DNA from: Craspedostauros australis
Lineage: Eukaryota
Assembly (NCBI GenBank): GCA_030167865.1
Contig: JALAGF010000438.1
Coordinates: 62,001-126,000 of the forward strand
Length of the DNA: 64,000 bases
Direction: 5' to 3'
Every line of letters starts with the position of its first letter. Position 1 is the first letter of the stretch. Positions 46,038 through 57,676 of the stretch are shown in pieces. The notes below the pieces were generated by a model. The model saw only the letters and a program-made list of their open reading frames with translations, was not told where the DNA came from and did no database searches. The position numbers and the translations under genes are program-made.

Positions 46038-49000
46038 CTAAGCTTCAACTGCATCTTCCTCCTCCTCCTCCTCTTCATCGTCAACGGCGTTCAGTCCGGA
46101 CTCCTCCTCCTCTTCATCATCAACGGCGTTCAGTTCGGACTCCTCCATCTCCTGGATCTTGGCCGCCGCGTCGATGTCGTACTCGTTGGATGATTTCTCG
46201 CCGCTCGTGCTCCATTGCTGCTTGATCTTGGCGGTGAAGTCGTCGTACTGTTGGATGATGTCGTCGCCCACGGACTTGCGAGCCTTGCTCATGGAATCTT
46301 CGAAGTGAGCCTTCGTGATGTACGGGACCGGGTCGGGCAGGCCATCGGCCTCCTCCTGCGTCAGCTCGCCGGCCTCGACGCGCTTCTGTCGCTCGATCTC
46401 GGCCGTGATGCTGTCGCGGATGGCGTTCTTGGCGGCGCGTTGGCAGATCTCGGTGATGTCGGCTCCGGAGAAACCGTCGGTCACGTCGGCCAGAATCTCC
46501 ATGTCCACGTCGTCGGCGACCGGGCTCTTTCGGAGGTTGGCCTTGAAGATGGATATTCTGGAATCCCTGTCTGGAAGCGGGATGTAGATGAGCTGATCCA
46601 GACGTCCTGGACGCATGATACCGGGGTCGAGGATGTCGGGACGGTTGGTGGCACCGATGATGAACAGGGTCTTTCCGGATCCCATACCGTCGATCTCGGA
46701 CAGAATCTGGTTGATCACACGGTCGCTGGTGTCGGAGCTGCCACCGCCGGCGCCGCCTCCACGAGATCTGGCGATGGAGTCCATCTCATCGAAGAAGAGG
46801 ATGCAGGGACTCGCCGCACGGGCCTTGTCGAAGAGGTTTCGCACGTTGGCCTCGGATCCTCCGAACCACATGTTGAGCAGTTCTGGTCCCTTGACGGAGA
46901 TGAAGTTGGCTCCGCACTCGTTGGCGATGGCCTTGGCCATCAGGGTCTTACCGCACCCTGGGGGGCCGTAGAACAGCACACCGCGCGATGCCTGCATACC
47001 GAAGCGTTCGAAGAGGTGTCTGTGCTCGATTGGGTATCGCACCATCTCCTGCAGCTCACGCTTGGTCTCCTCGAGACCACCGATGTCTTCCCACTTAATG
47101 TCTGGCACTTCCACCTTGTTGTCACGCAGGGTGCTTGGGTCGCAGACGCTGAGAGCGTGGATGAAGTGGTCGTCGGTGACCTTGAGCATGTCGAGCACGT
47201 CATCGGCAATCGGCTCCTCGCTGTCGACGTCCATGTGGATGATGTTGGAACGGATGCACTGCAGGGCTGCCTCGAGGGTGAGCTGCTGCAAATCGGCTCC
47301 GACGTAACCGTGGGTGTCTCTGGCGATCTGGAAGAGGTTGACGTCCTCGGCCAGCTTCATGTCCTTGGTTTTGATCTTGAGGATCTCATTGCGACCATCT
47401 TCGTCTGGAATCACGATCTCCAGCTCGCGGTCGAAACGTCCCGGACGACGCAGGGCGGATTCGATAACGTTGGGTCTGTTGGTGGCACCGATGACCATGA
47501 CGTTGGAGTTGGCCTTGAGGGAGTCCATGAGGGTGAGGAGCTGCGACACGACGCGCTTCTCGGTCTCACCCTGCGCCTGGTCACGCTTGGGGGCGATGGA
47601 ATCAAGCTCATCCATGAAGATGATGGACGGTGCCTTCTCCATGGCCTCCTCGAAGGCTTGGCGTAGATTGGCCTCGCTCTCACCACCCTTACGCGCCATG
47701 ATCTCCGGTCCATTGATGATGACAACGTGCGCTCCTGTCTCCTCGACGAGAGCGTTGGCAATCAGGGTCTTTCCGCATCCTGGCGGCCCGTGCAAAAGAA
47801 CACCCTTTGGCGTCGGGACACCGGCCGTGGTCCAAAGCTCTGGGAATCGCAACGGGAGCTCCACAAGCTCGCGCATGAGCTGAATTGCCTTCTCCAATCC
47901 TCCGACGGAGTCGTATCCCAAGCCAACTTCCTCCCGGGCCACGGATGCGCCCACAGCGATTTCGGAAGTCTCCGTCATGCTGCCGGCGACAGGAAGGCCC
48001 TCTTCCTCCTCCTCCTCCTCCTCGGCATCCTTCTCCTCCTCCTCCTCGGCATCCTTCTCCTCATCTTCTTCAGCATCCTCCTCTTTGTTCTCGTCGGTGT
48101 CCGAGCCGACGGTGATGTGCGACACGACGACTTCCAATCGCTTTCCGGCAGCATCGACGAGCTCGAGCACGTGTCCCTTCTTGAGGGATCCGGTCATGCC
48201 GTCGAGGTAGGGCTGGATGAAACGTGAGGAGATCTGTTCGTCTGAAATGTCATCGCCACCCTCGGATAGCTCCAGCGCATTGAGGGAGTCGGTGATGGGC
48301 GAGAAAGTGACGGAAACGATTTGCGGTGCCTCGGAATGCTGCAACAGCGCCATGTCGCCGGATCGCTGGTCCTCGGCAGCGGCGTCGCTGAGCGGCACGA
48401 CCTTGATCTTGTCGCCCGAGCGTAGTCTGAGGTTGGATGCCACGTTTCTGCTGATAGAGCAGATGGTTTTCTTGGCCTTGGCGATGGTGACCTGCGCGTA
48501 GGCCGCCTTTCTGCGACGTCCGATGACGACGACGGTGTCGCCTCTCTTGAGCTTCAATTCCTTGGCTTTGGATGGCGAGAGAGCGACTTTGCTATCGCTC
48601 TCGAGGGTTGGCTGTTTTTATTGGAGCAGCCAAAATTAGATGGTGAATGAGTGGAATCGGTGGGTGAGTGAGTGAATGAGCACGCAAGTCGATTGATGCT
48701 CACAAGTGCGGACGGCAAGGAACGCATGTATGTGCCGCACGAGTAGGCTGCATCTAATGTGAGACTGGCACGCCGTTCTCCCCAGGACCATGTGGCGGCT
48801 TTCCATGTCATCATCATCGTCATCATCGTACTCGCATGCAACAACAAGTTCAGTTCCTTCCATTCTGGTTCAAATCCATCTGTGCTCATGAATATGGGCA
48901 TGGACATATCAAGGAACTGCGGCTTTTATTGGCGGCTTGATGGATTGCCTGCTTGACCATGGTCAATCTGTGTCGATCAATTTGATCAATCGATGTTCGG

Positions 49001-49288
49001 ACGTACCATATCCGAATTGACGATGACGGTCTCCAAAAGACCAGGAAGGTAAAGAACCTCAGGTTCTTCCTCGGCCTCGGCCTCGGCATCTGGCTCATCG
49101 GCACCTCCGCGTGGAATGGAGGAGACCACGCGCTTGGCAAGGCCGAACGGGGAAGGAACAGAGGCCTGCAGCGAGGATGTCGCTCTTGCTGCGCTGAAAA
49201 CTCCACCAAAGTGTCTGCCTTGGATGCTGCTTGTGGACAGGAGCAGCGGAGTGGCCACGAGGACGCTGGCTGCGATGGAGAATCTCAT
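46038..49288 (-). CDS. CDC48: Cdc48/p97 AAA+ ATPase with N-terminal signal peptide, probably the periplastid (SELMA) sCdc48, 951 aa
   Basis: Exons 49288-49007 and 48611-46038. Two AAA domains ([11 protein letters not shown] / FMDELD / RRPGRFD and [11 protein letters not shown] / FFDEMD / MRPGRLD). Signal peptide [24 protein letters not shown]. No C-terminal HbYX motif. Confidence 0.93.
46072..46146. repeat. 39-bp coding tandem duplication in the Cdc48 acidic tail
   Basis: tcttcatcgtcaacggcgttcagtccggactcctcc at 46072 and tcttcatcatcaacggcgttcagttcggactcctcc at 46111, encoding ES(E/G)LNAVDDEE twice. Confidence 0.9.
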
Positions 49289-50743
49289 GGTTGTTGTTTT
49301 GTGGTGTGCTGTGCTGCGCTGCGCTGCGTTGGTTCCAAGAGAGGTTGATGGTGGTTAGATCTGGTTCGGCGTCAGCGAGCGACGAAGGCGATGGTCGGAT
49401 CTGTTGAGGTCTCGAGGTGCTTTGATCGGCAGGATCGATCGATCAATCAATCAAGTGATGTGCCTGATCCGATGAATGAGTGAAAGAATGAATGAGAGAA
49501 TTGATGGCGGAGCGATGCTTTCCACTTCCGCTTTCAATTCAGTACGGACTCAGTATGAATCAACAAAAAGACAACGCGTCGTCGTTATTGAATCGGTCCT
49601 TCTTGCTGCAACTCTCTGATTTGATTTGATTGAAGTTGCGGAGGTGAAGAATGTGATCGCTCTTGCGAGTGCATCCAATGTCGGCTCTTTGATGGCCTTG
49701 TCGTCGTTGATACGCGTAGTTGATGTGTGCTTTTCAGATGATTTTTTGTCTCGCTTTCTTGTTGATGTGGAGGTTGGTTGTTGAGGTTTGGTTTGCTTGG
49801 TTGAACGTCACTTGGGATTGACTGGCACGTGGAACCTCTGGACTCCATTCTACAAAAGTACATACTTAGTTTCCGTTCTCAAGTTGACAAGTCCGAATCA
49901 ACTCAAGGAATCGAACGTTTCGACTGATCTTGACGCGAGCACTGTCATGCGTGCGACACACACGTCACAATTCTCAAAACGAGAAGGAACAAATCAAATC
50001 TGGTCTTGTCCTCATCACAAATGGAAGAGTCAAACAATGCGATTGTGCATGTGATCACGTGACCCACCAGAAAAGAGGCGGCGACGATGTCGATGACAAC
50101 TTCAGTGACGGTGACAACCACCAGAATGAGAATTGTGAGCGGTTGATGCCACCCTCCCTGTTTCTGTTCGAGTGTCACCTCTCTTCTGGGTTGCTGGGTG
50201 CTTGCGTGAGGATCTTCAACACAGCTGCACCATAATTACCACCGTTGACCACTCTCGCCACAGATACCTTGAGGAATCGTTGTAGATTCGCAACTGTTGC
50301 TCGTATCTTCTCCCTCCAAGAGGCCTGCGGACAAAGCGCGCGAGTGATGTCACAGAATCGGCAATAGGAAAGCACAGACACAGAATCAGAGCGAGCGAAA
50401 TCGCATCCAGAATTGTGGGCTGTCGCCTTTCACATCGTATTTATTGAGGTCCTCCTCGCACAGTACCATACATAAATCGTACACACCAGATTCCTTCTTT
50501 CCTCTCGGCCGTTCCTTCGGGTGTTTCCAAGTGCAGTCTCCAAGGCCACCTTCCAGCGCCATAAAGTACAATTGCTTCCGCAGCACTTGCAAAGTGACGT
50601 CGAAGTGATAGGAGACGCTTTTTCATGCAACGATCATAAAGCAGCAATCGCCAGACCACAACTCGCACTCGCACTCAACGAGTATTCATCCTGATCGAGA
50701 TTCTCTCTCTCTCTCTCGAGGATCGAAGAACACCATCTGAAAG

Positions 50744-53700
50744 ATGGTCAACCTCTCCATGAAGAGCCTGAGCCTTGCACTGCTCCTCGTGCACGCCTTG
50801 ATGGCTGTCAATTTCATTGCTGCATCCAGCGACGGTGGCCCCAATGGATCAACTCGACAGCCGCAAGATGCCGTCAATGGCATCCCCAATGCCACGAACG
50901 CAGGATCTCACCATCATGAAGGGGGGACGGCCGTCACGACGTTGCTCGCCGAACAAAAAGAGAACCATGACACCAATGATGGCAATAGCAATGAGGCGCA
51001 GATTGCTGCGAAGAAGCTCCCCACGCGCGTGATCAGCCTGGCAGAATCCATCAACCGATCGCAGAAGAGCATCATGCAGGAGGATCCGGCCGCGCGCAAG
51101 GCACGCTCCTTGAGGGCACAGCAACAGTGGAAGACGGCGTTGCAAGAGATCAAGGATCTCACGGTCGACATCCCGCTCGTTTCCAAACAATCTTCCTGGT
51201 CGGGCAGCACGACGAATGCAGCTGCGAAAAGCAGCAGGGCGACCCCGGCCTTCCTGACGGGATGGAAGCTCCTGCTCGATGATTCTGAAGAATCGAAGGT
51301 CGAGATCGATCTGGAGACCAGCGGAAATCAATCCATCATCTCCACTTCGTCCAAGTTCGCGCCTCCGCAAGAAGAAAATGTTCAAATTGTGGACACTGTC
51401 GATGAGGTTACGCATGCGGAAGTCGCCAGCAATGTCAACGGAACCGATGCTTCCGTTCTTGCAGATACCACAGCATTGCCCAAGGCATCACTCATAATGT
51501 CACGAACGATGGTAACCAGTGCGAGGGAACGGCTGGCCCGATTTGAAGGCTTCTCGTCGTGGGAGCGCAAGCTCCAGGATTGGAAGGAAGATGTTCAGGA
51601 TTACATCACCCGAGTGGAGCAGGAGAATGCGCAGGGCAACTACTCCATGTCCATGTACGGCATTCCAACTTCAATCTCCACATCTGATGTTGAGCCAGCG
51701 GCGGCCAACGCAACATCATCTCTCGCATCTTCGCAAACCTCGGCCATCGAAACGACACCAACTGTGACGCAGCAAGAGGTGCAAGTCACGCCGCCAGCAA
51801 CTGGTGATGATGATGTTGTTGTTGCTCCATCCGTATCAGTACCAGCGCCAGTATCAGCATCAGCATCAGTTACTACAACCGAGTCTTCTTCTTCAACGTC
51901 CAAACGTGAAAAGACGATCCTTCTGCCAGCGCCCGTCCCAGCGCAGCCCGGTGAACCCATCGTCCCGACCACGGACCTCGCGGACCAGTCCAAGAACGTC
52001 TGGATTGTCACGACAGCATCCCTGCCATGGATGACGGGCACGGCTGTCAACCCCTTGCTGCGCGCCGCTTACATGACGCGCGGACGTGCCGAGGCTGGCG
52101 GTAGCATCACCCTCATGCTGCCGTGGTTGGAGCGCACGCAGGATCAGGTCGCTATCTACGGCCCTGACCGCACCTTTGCCACCCAAGCCGATCAGGAACG
52201 TCACGTGCGCGGGTGGTTGAAGAACGAGGCCAAGCTCGAGCGGGAGAGCCAGGAGCTCAACATTGAATGGTACAATGCCTGGCAGAACAAGGCAGAGAAT
52301 TCGATCTACAGCATGGGAGATATCACGGCGCAAATCCCGGCCTCGGCAGTCGACATCATGATCTTGGAAGAGCCGGAGCATTTGAATTGGTGAGTGCACT
52401 CCGCGCGTGTGTATGTATGCATGCATGCCTGAAAGTGCATCATGCTCGTTGCTCTACTCCACTATGCGCGTATGCTTTTCGCAGCGGTGCTCATTGCACA
52501 CGCACACACGTCTGTCCCATGGTTCTATTCAAATACTCTTGCTCAACTCTTCTTCTCTACTCTACTTCTTTTCCAGGTACCGCGCACCAGGACAATCCTG
52601 GACGAGCAAATTCAAGCACGTCGTTGGCATCATCCATACCAACTACTTCGTCTATGCTCAAGAGCAACCAGCTGCATTCATTCGCGTAAGTGCGACTAAT
52701 AGTATGGAGTGTCAGTGCCAATGGGGGTGCGTGGCGCAATCGTCGTCATCTCTTTCTCACCTTCAACTTGTCTCTTGATCAACGACACCATGATTCTGCC
52801 ATACTCTCCTCCACCATGCGTACATAACACTGCGCAGGCTCCCGGTATGAGATTGCTGTGCTCATGGATGTGCAGAGCGCATTGCCATCGCATTATCAAG
52901 CTCTCTGGAACTTTGGGTCGATTTGCTCCTGAGAAGGAGCTCGTGGAGAATGTCCATGGCGTACGAGCCAGCTTCTTGGATGTCGGCGATGCCCTCCGTC
53001 CGAAGTTAGAAGCAGCGCAGTACGATGAGCATCCCGTCTTTGCGCCAGACGCCGATCCAACTGTCTACTTTATCGGAAAGATGCTGTGGACTAAGGGTCT
53101 TGGCTCCCTCATGGAACTGCTCAAGTATGCCGAAGAAAGTGCGGGCATTCAGATCAAAATTGACATGTACGGCGGCGGACCGAATAAGGAGGCGGCGGCA
53201 GAGCGAGCCGAATCGTTGGGTGTCAATTTCGAGTTTCATGGCCCCATCGATCATTCCAAACTGGGTGCGACACACAAGGTATGTTCTACCTGCAAGGTGT
53301 ATCCGTACCTTCCTATGTTTTGTTTTGTTTGTTTGACATTCCGTCCAGACTACCATACTCTATTGTATGCTATGCCCTTCTATGCGATTATGCTCACTGT
53401 ACTCCACAACTCATCCACTTACGTACGCACGCACGCACACTGATCTTGTAAACACGCAGATCTTCATCAATCCATCCACATCTGAGGTCTTGTGCACCAC
53501 CGTCGCAGAAGCCTTGGCGATGGGCAAGTTCGTTGTCGTCCCATCTCATCCTTCCAATGACTTCTTCGCGCAATTTCCAAATTGCTTGACGTACACGAAC
53601 AAGGAAGAGTTCGTTGGTAAGTGGTGGTCAATCCTGACACGGGTGCCTGTTTGATGTACGCGTACCACACTGGTAGCATTTGGATGTGTGCAGCACGAGC

Positions 53701-55157
53701 TACTCGTACTCACCATCGACGCATCGAGCATTCACAAACTCACTCAACTTGACGCCATGTTATACCATGCATGGATCTTTCTTTCATCCCTTTGTCCAAC
53801 CCATCGCGACACAGGTAACTTGTACTACGCCATGACACATGCTCCGCAACCGCTTTCGGAGGAATACGCCCATGCCTTGAGCTGGGAAGCCGCCATCGAA
53901 CGCCTGGAGTTTGCAAGTAGCATTCCGCAAAAAGAAGCCGACGCAATGGCAGAAGCTCTGATGTCCAATCAGACTGGAGTTGAGGTATGTTCGGGTGAAC
54001 AGTGCAGGAATTGACGAGGGGGCGATCTGTTATTGCCTTTCATTTGCGTTGGATCGCGATTGATTCATCGATGCATTGTTACTTTTGTCTCACACGTGCA
54101 TCACACTATACCAATATATTATACCATGCTATGCCGTGCTTTGCTCTGCTGCGTTCTCAAATAACTCACGTACATACTTCATCCCACGGAAATTCAAAGA
54201 TTCGGTTGCCACCACTCATTGAGGACGAAGAAGATAGAAAGCGAGTCGGCACAACATTGGTAAAGACGAGATCACGGTATCGGCAGTTTCGTTCGCGTCT
54301 GGCATCGGAGCTGCAGCAAAACAATGGTGAGTGGAGTGCAGTGTTCGACTCTGCGATGCTCTACTAAAATTGTGCGTGTTGAGGTGGAAGTGAACATACT
54401 CTGCTCTATTTGTGCATTTGCTTCGCCAGGAACGGTCTCTAACGCTGTGGAATATCTTGCTTTGGTTGCTGCAGTGCTGCCGGGTCCTTGGCGACAACGG
54501 TTCGTCGATGAGCTGGACAAGCGCTTGGAATTGGACATTGATACTCTCTTGGAGTCCCCAAAGCTGCGGATCAAGCTCTCCCCAGCCGAGCTGGATAAGA
54601 GACTGTTGGAGCTTTACAACAACGTCGCGGAAGGACCGAGAGGTGACGTCTTCCGCGTGATCGGAGGAGGTAGCGACGTCGCTCTGCAGACTCTGTACAT
54701 CAAGCAACAGGCCAGAAAGAACGGGGCACGGCAACGCCTGATGACACCCTCCTTCTTTCGCAGAGCGGGGCAATACGCTGGATCTCTGAGTGCGTCGGAT
54801 ACCTCATCCATGGACAAGCCGCGGACACCATCGCAGTGGGTGAATTTAGCCCTACGCCGCAACCTGCTGCCTGCGGCTGCGCCCAGCAGCTCTGACCCAG
54901 TCGATCATGATGATAACAAACCGACAGCGGCTTCAGCAACGATAGCGACAACGGCAGCACCAGCACCTGCAGATTCGACAACGGCATCCGCCCAAACGCC
55001 GGTGGGTACGAGTAGTCAAGACATGACCATGTCTCTCGCCCCTACCAGACGCACTGCTGTGAGCCCCCGGCAATCTTGCACAATGATCAAACAGACGTCG
55101 TACCGGAGCTTCACACCCGCACGATCGCCGATATCATCCTACCGGTTGCTTCTGTAG
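50744..55157 (+). CDS. DGD: Digalactosyldiacylglycerol synthase (GT4), 1110 aa
   Basis: Seven exons: 50744-52389, 52577-52685, 52838-53278, 53460-53616, 53815-53984, 54200-54326 and 54475-55157 (3333 nt total). Motifs [56 protein letters not shown] and [23 protein letters not shown]-terminal signal peptide. Confidence 0.94.
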
Positions 55158-55466
55158 ATGAAATGTTTACACTTCTCTAAACACTGTCCATGTTGTGCCT
55201 GGAGAGTAAGACCATTGCGAGTACTAATACAACTGAAGATGATCGGTGTGTCTCTTGCTGTGCTGATACCACTTAATTGCTGTTGTCATTGTTGTTGTTA
55301 TCATCAATAGAGTAGGTAGCGTCGTTTCGCGAGAATGATCGTGAATTTTGCAGAGCGATAGTTGGCACGAGCAGGTTGATCTTCGCAAGGGCGCTCCACC
55401 ACTCTCGCCGTGCAACTCGCATGCAGGACTCCTTGTGCATCAGCAGCAAAGTATGAGTAGCCTGGT

Positions 55467-57164
55467 CTACTTGAAGTCACCATCGAATCCTTGAAAGCCG
55501 GACAGCATGAAGGCGTGGTAGTACGGCTTCTTGGCGATGCGCGATGTCCAGTTCCATGAGCTCGTGAGACGGCCGTCGATGCAGCTGCCACCGTCGTCGC
55601 CGCTGCCGTCAAAGCCGTGCTTGAAGTAGTCGGCCAGGACCATCATCTTGAGGTTGTCGGCGGACCCGAACTGGCTTTCGATGTACTGCCGCGTTCTTTC
55701 GTCGTGACAAAGGTCCGGGATCTTTGATATGAAGTCTGCCAGCGGGTTGAGGAAGCGCGGGATCTGCGTGTATTTGTCGATGAAGATGAGGGCGTTGGGG
55801 ACATCGCGATCGCCGAGATGGATGACGCTGAGGCCCACCCACGGGGCGTTGGCCTCCTTCTGCGTGGTGAGCAAAAGATTGCTCATGAGCTTTCGCACAG
55901 ATGGGCAATGCTGCACCCGATTGAGGCCCTGGCCTGTGTTGAAGAGCTGGTAGGATGACGATGTGGAGAGCAGGTCGTTGTCGGCGCACACCCAAAGGCG
56001 GTGCATGCTGGTCATGACCTTGCACCACAGGCGGAGGGATTGCCACACGAACATGTATTGGGTGGGATGGGAGTGGCTCAACGTCGGTCCCTCGCTCGTG
56101 CTGCTGCCGTAGGCCGAGAAGCCGTAGCGGTTGTAGTGGCTGAACGAGCTCATGCTGCTCCGGGAGGTTCCACGAAGCTGTAGAGAGAACTGGGGCTTCT
56201 CCTGGTGGGGATCGAAGCAGGTCTCCAGATGATGCAGCACGCGTTCGACGGGGACGACATTTGATTCAACAGAGACGACACCGTCACTCAGGGAATCGAT
56301 GACCCGTCTCAGCTCCTCCACCGACAGAGAGGATTTGGACGAATACTCCTTGACCAATGCGTCTGCAGCCGCTCGTTTCTTTGCCACCTGATCGCGAATG
56401 TGAGATTCTGCAAGCTTCTTCCCAGCGGCGTCCCGATCCCGGATATGCTGGGTTGCGGAGAGCAGACGTTCATCGTGCAGGAGGTCAGTGCAATCATTGT
56501 CCTTGAGGTACGGTCCCACCAGCAGCATTTCTTTGTAGAGCGAGAATCCCAGCGATTTGGCGACCGTCGCGTTCTGCGCATCTTGCATGAGGTACATGAG
56601 CTTTCCGTAGGTGCTTCGCATGGAGCTGGGGTTGAGGACCTTGTTGCGACGGCCGATCTCGAAGATGGTCTGGAAGAAGAACTCGTTGTCCTTCGGATCT
56701 CGGCTGCACCAGGAGTCCGACAACGATGAAGGGCCTGCGGCATTGCCAGCTCGCATGGCGTACTTCTTGGTCTTGTCGCGCTTCTTGGTCTTGCGCTCCT
56801 TCTTCTTTCGCTTCTTCTCGTCCATCACCGGATCCAGGTTCTCAGCGTCATCAGCGGGCGTTGCGCCGTCCACGGGACCGCCATTCTCCTTGACCTGACA
56901 TGACCGGACGATGTTGCGCTCATGGCCGCTGGCCACGGCCAAGCCCGTGGAGATGTGGCATGCCTCCAGGATCCCATCCAGCATCCGGCGGATCTTGCTG
57001 GCACGACGCACGGCGGCCACATCCACCAGATCCGTGTACTCGCTCACGTTGAGCGTCTGCTCCAGCACGGTGAACAGCGTCCGCTCTTCGGGCGTCAGCC
57101 GCAGCGGGACGCACTTGGCGAACCATTCCAGTCCGCGCTTCTTCGTTGTTGGCTTCGTGCTCAT
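55467..57164 (-). CDS. UPF0652 / DUF2009 family protein, 565 aa
   Basis: PLRLTPEER, LNVSEYTD, FEIGRRNKVLNPSSMRSTYGKLMYLMQD, LSHSHPTQY, WVGLSVIHLGDRDVPNALIFIDKYTQIPR and HGFDGSGDDGGSCIDGRLTSSWNW. Intronless. Confidence 0.88.
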   Translation of the reverse strand: MSTKPTTKKRGLEWFAKCVPLRLTPEERTLFTVLEQTLNVSEYTDLVDVAAVRRASKIRRMLDGILEACHISTGLAVASGHERNIVRSCQVKENGGPVDGATPADDAENLDPVMDEKKRKKKERKTKKRDKTKKYAMRAGNAAGPSSLSDSWCSRDPKDNEFFFQTIFEIGRRNKVLNPSSMRSTYGKLMYLMQDAQNATVAKSLGFSLYKEMLLVGPYLKDNDCTDLLHDERLLSATQHIRDRDAAGKKLAESHIRDQVAKKRAAADALVKEYSSKSSLSVEELRRVIDSLSDGVVSVESNVVPVERVLHHLETCFDPHQEKPQFSLQLRGTSRSSMSSFSHYNRYGFSAYGSSTSEGPTLSHSHPTQYMFVWQSLRLWCKVMTSMHRLWVCADNDLLSTSSSYQLFNTGQGLNRVQHCPSVRKLMSNLLLTTQKEANAPWVGLSVIHLGDRDVPNALIFIDKYTQIPRFLNPLADFISKIPDLCHDERTRQYIESQFGSADNLKMMVLADYFKHGFDGSGDDGGSCIDGRLTSSWNWTSRIAKKPYYHAFMLSGFQGFDGDFK

Positions 57165-57676
57165 TGTTGGCTTGTCCTTCGGGATCGTGGGTCCCTGTGC
57201 TTGTGCCCTTGTGTGCTTGTGTTGATATTGATATTGATATTGGTATTGGTGACTGTGGCTATGGTATTGGGAACGGCCGCTCTGTGGACATGGTCACCAT
57301 GGTCATGTCCCGATCGCGTGGTCTTTAGCGCCTTGTGCAGTTTCCACGATTTCCGTCGTGTTTCTTCGGGTTTTGTTTGGGCATTTGATTCGAATAAGTC
57401 ATTCCGCCAGCGAAAGATTGGCAGGTGTTGGCATGCCCTGTTGGGTGTTGGATGGACGGGACCATGACGATCACAGGGCGAAGAAAGCGCAGACCACAGT
57501 CCCATAGATTATAGAATAGTAGTACACTCCAATTCGAACTACTCTCGAGAGAAAGGAGTGGAGCGGAGAGCACAGTATCAATCTGTCGGAGGGATCTGTG
57601 CTGCACAGTGACGCGTTGCATTCCTACTCTAGAGTAATCGTCTGTGTGGTGCTATTACTCGAACTAGGTTCATGCT

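Noticed and set aside
19727..57164. Apparent cluster of ER or protein-quality-control genes (GET4, FBXO9, DNAJB12, CDC48, DUF2009)
   Set aside because: They are interspersed with unrelated housekeeping genes over ~37 kb and act in different compartments. There is no evidence of a functional cluster.
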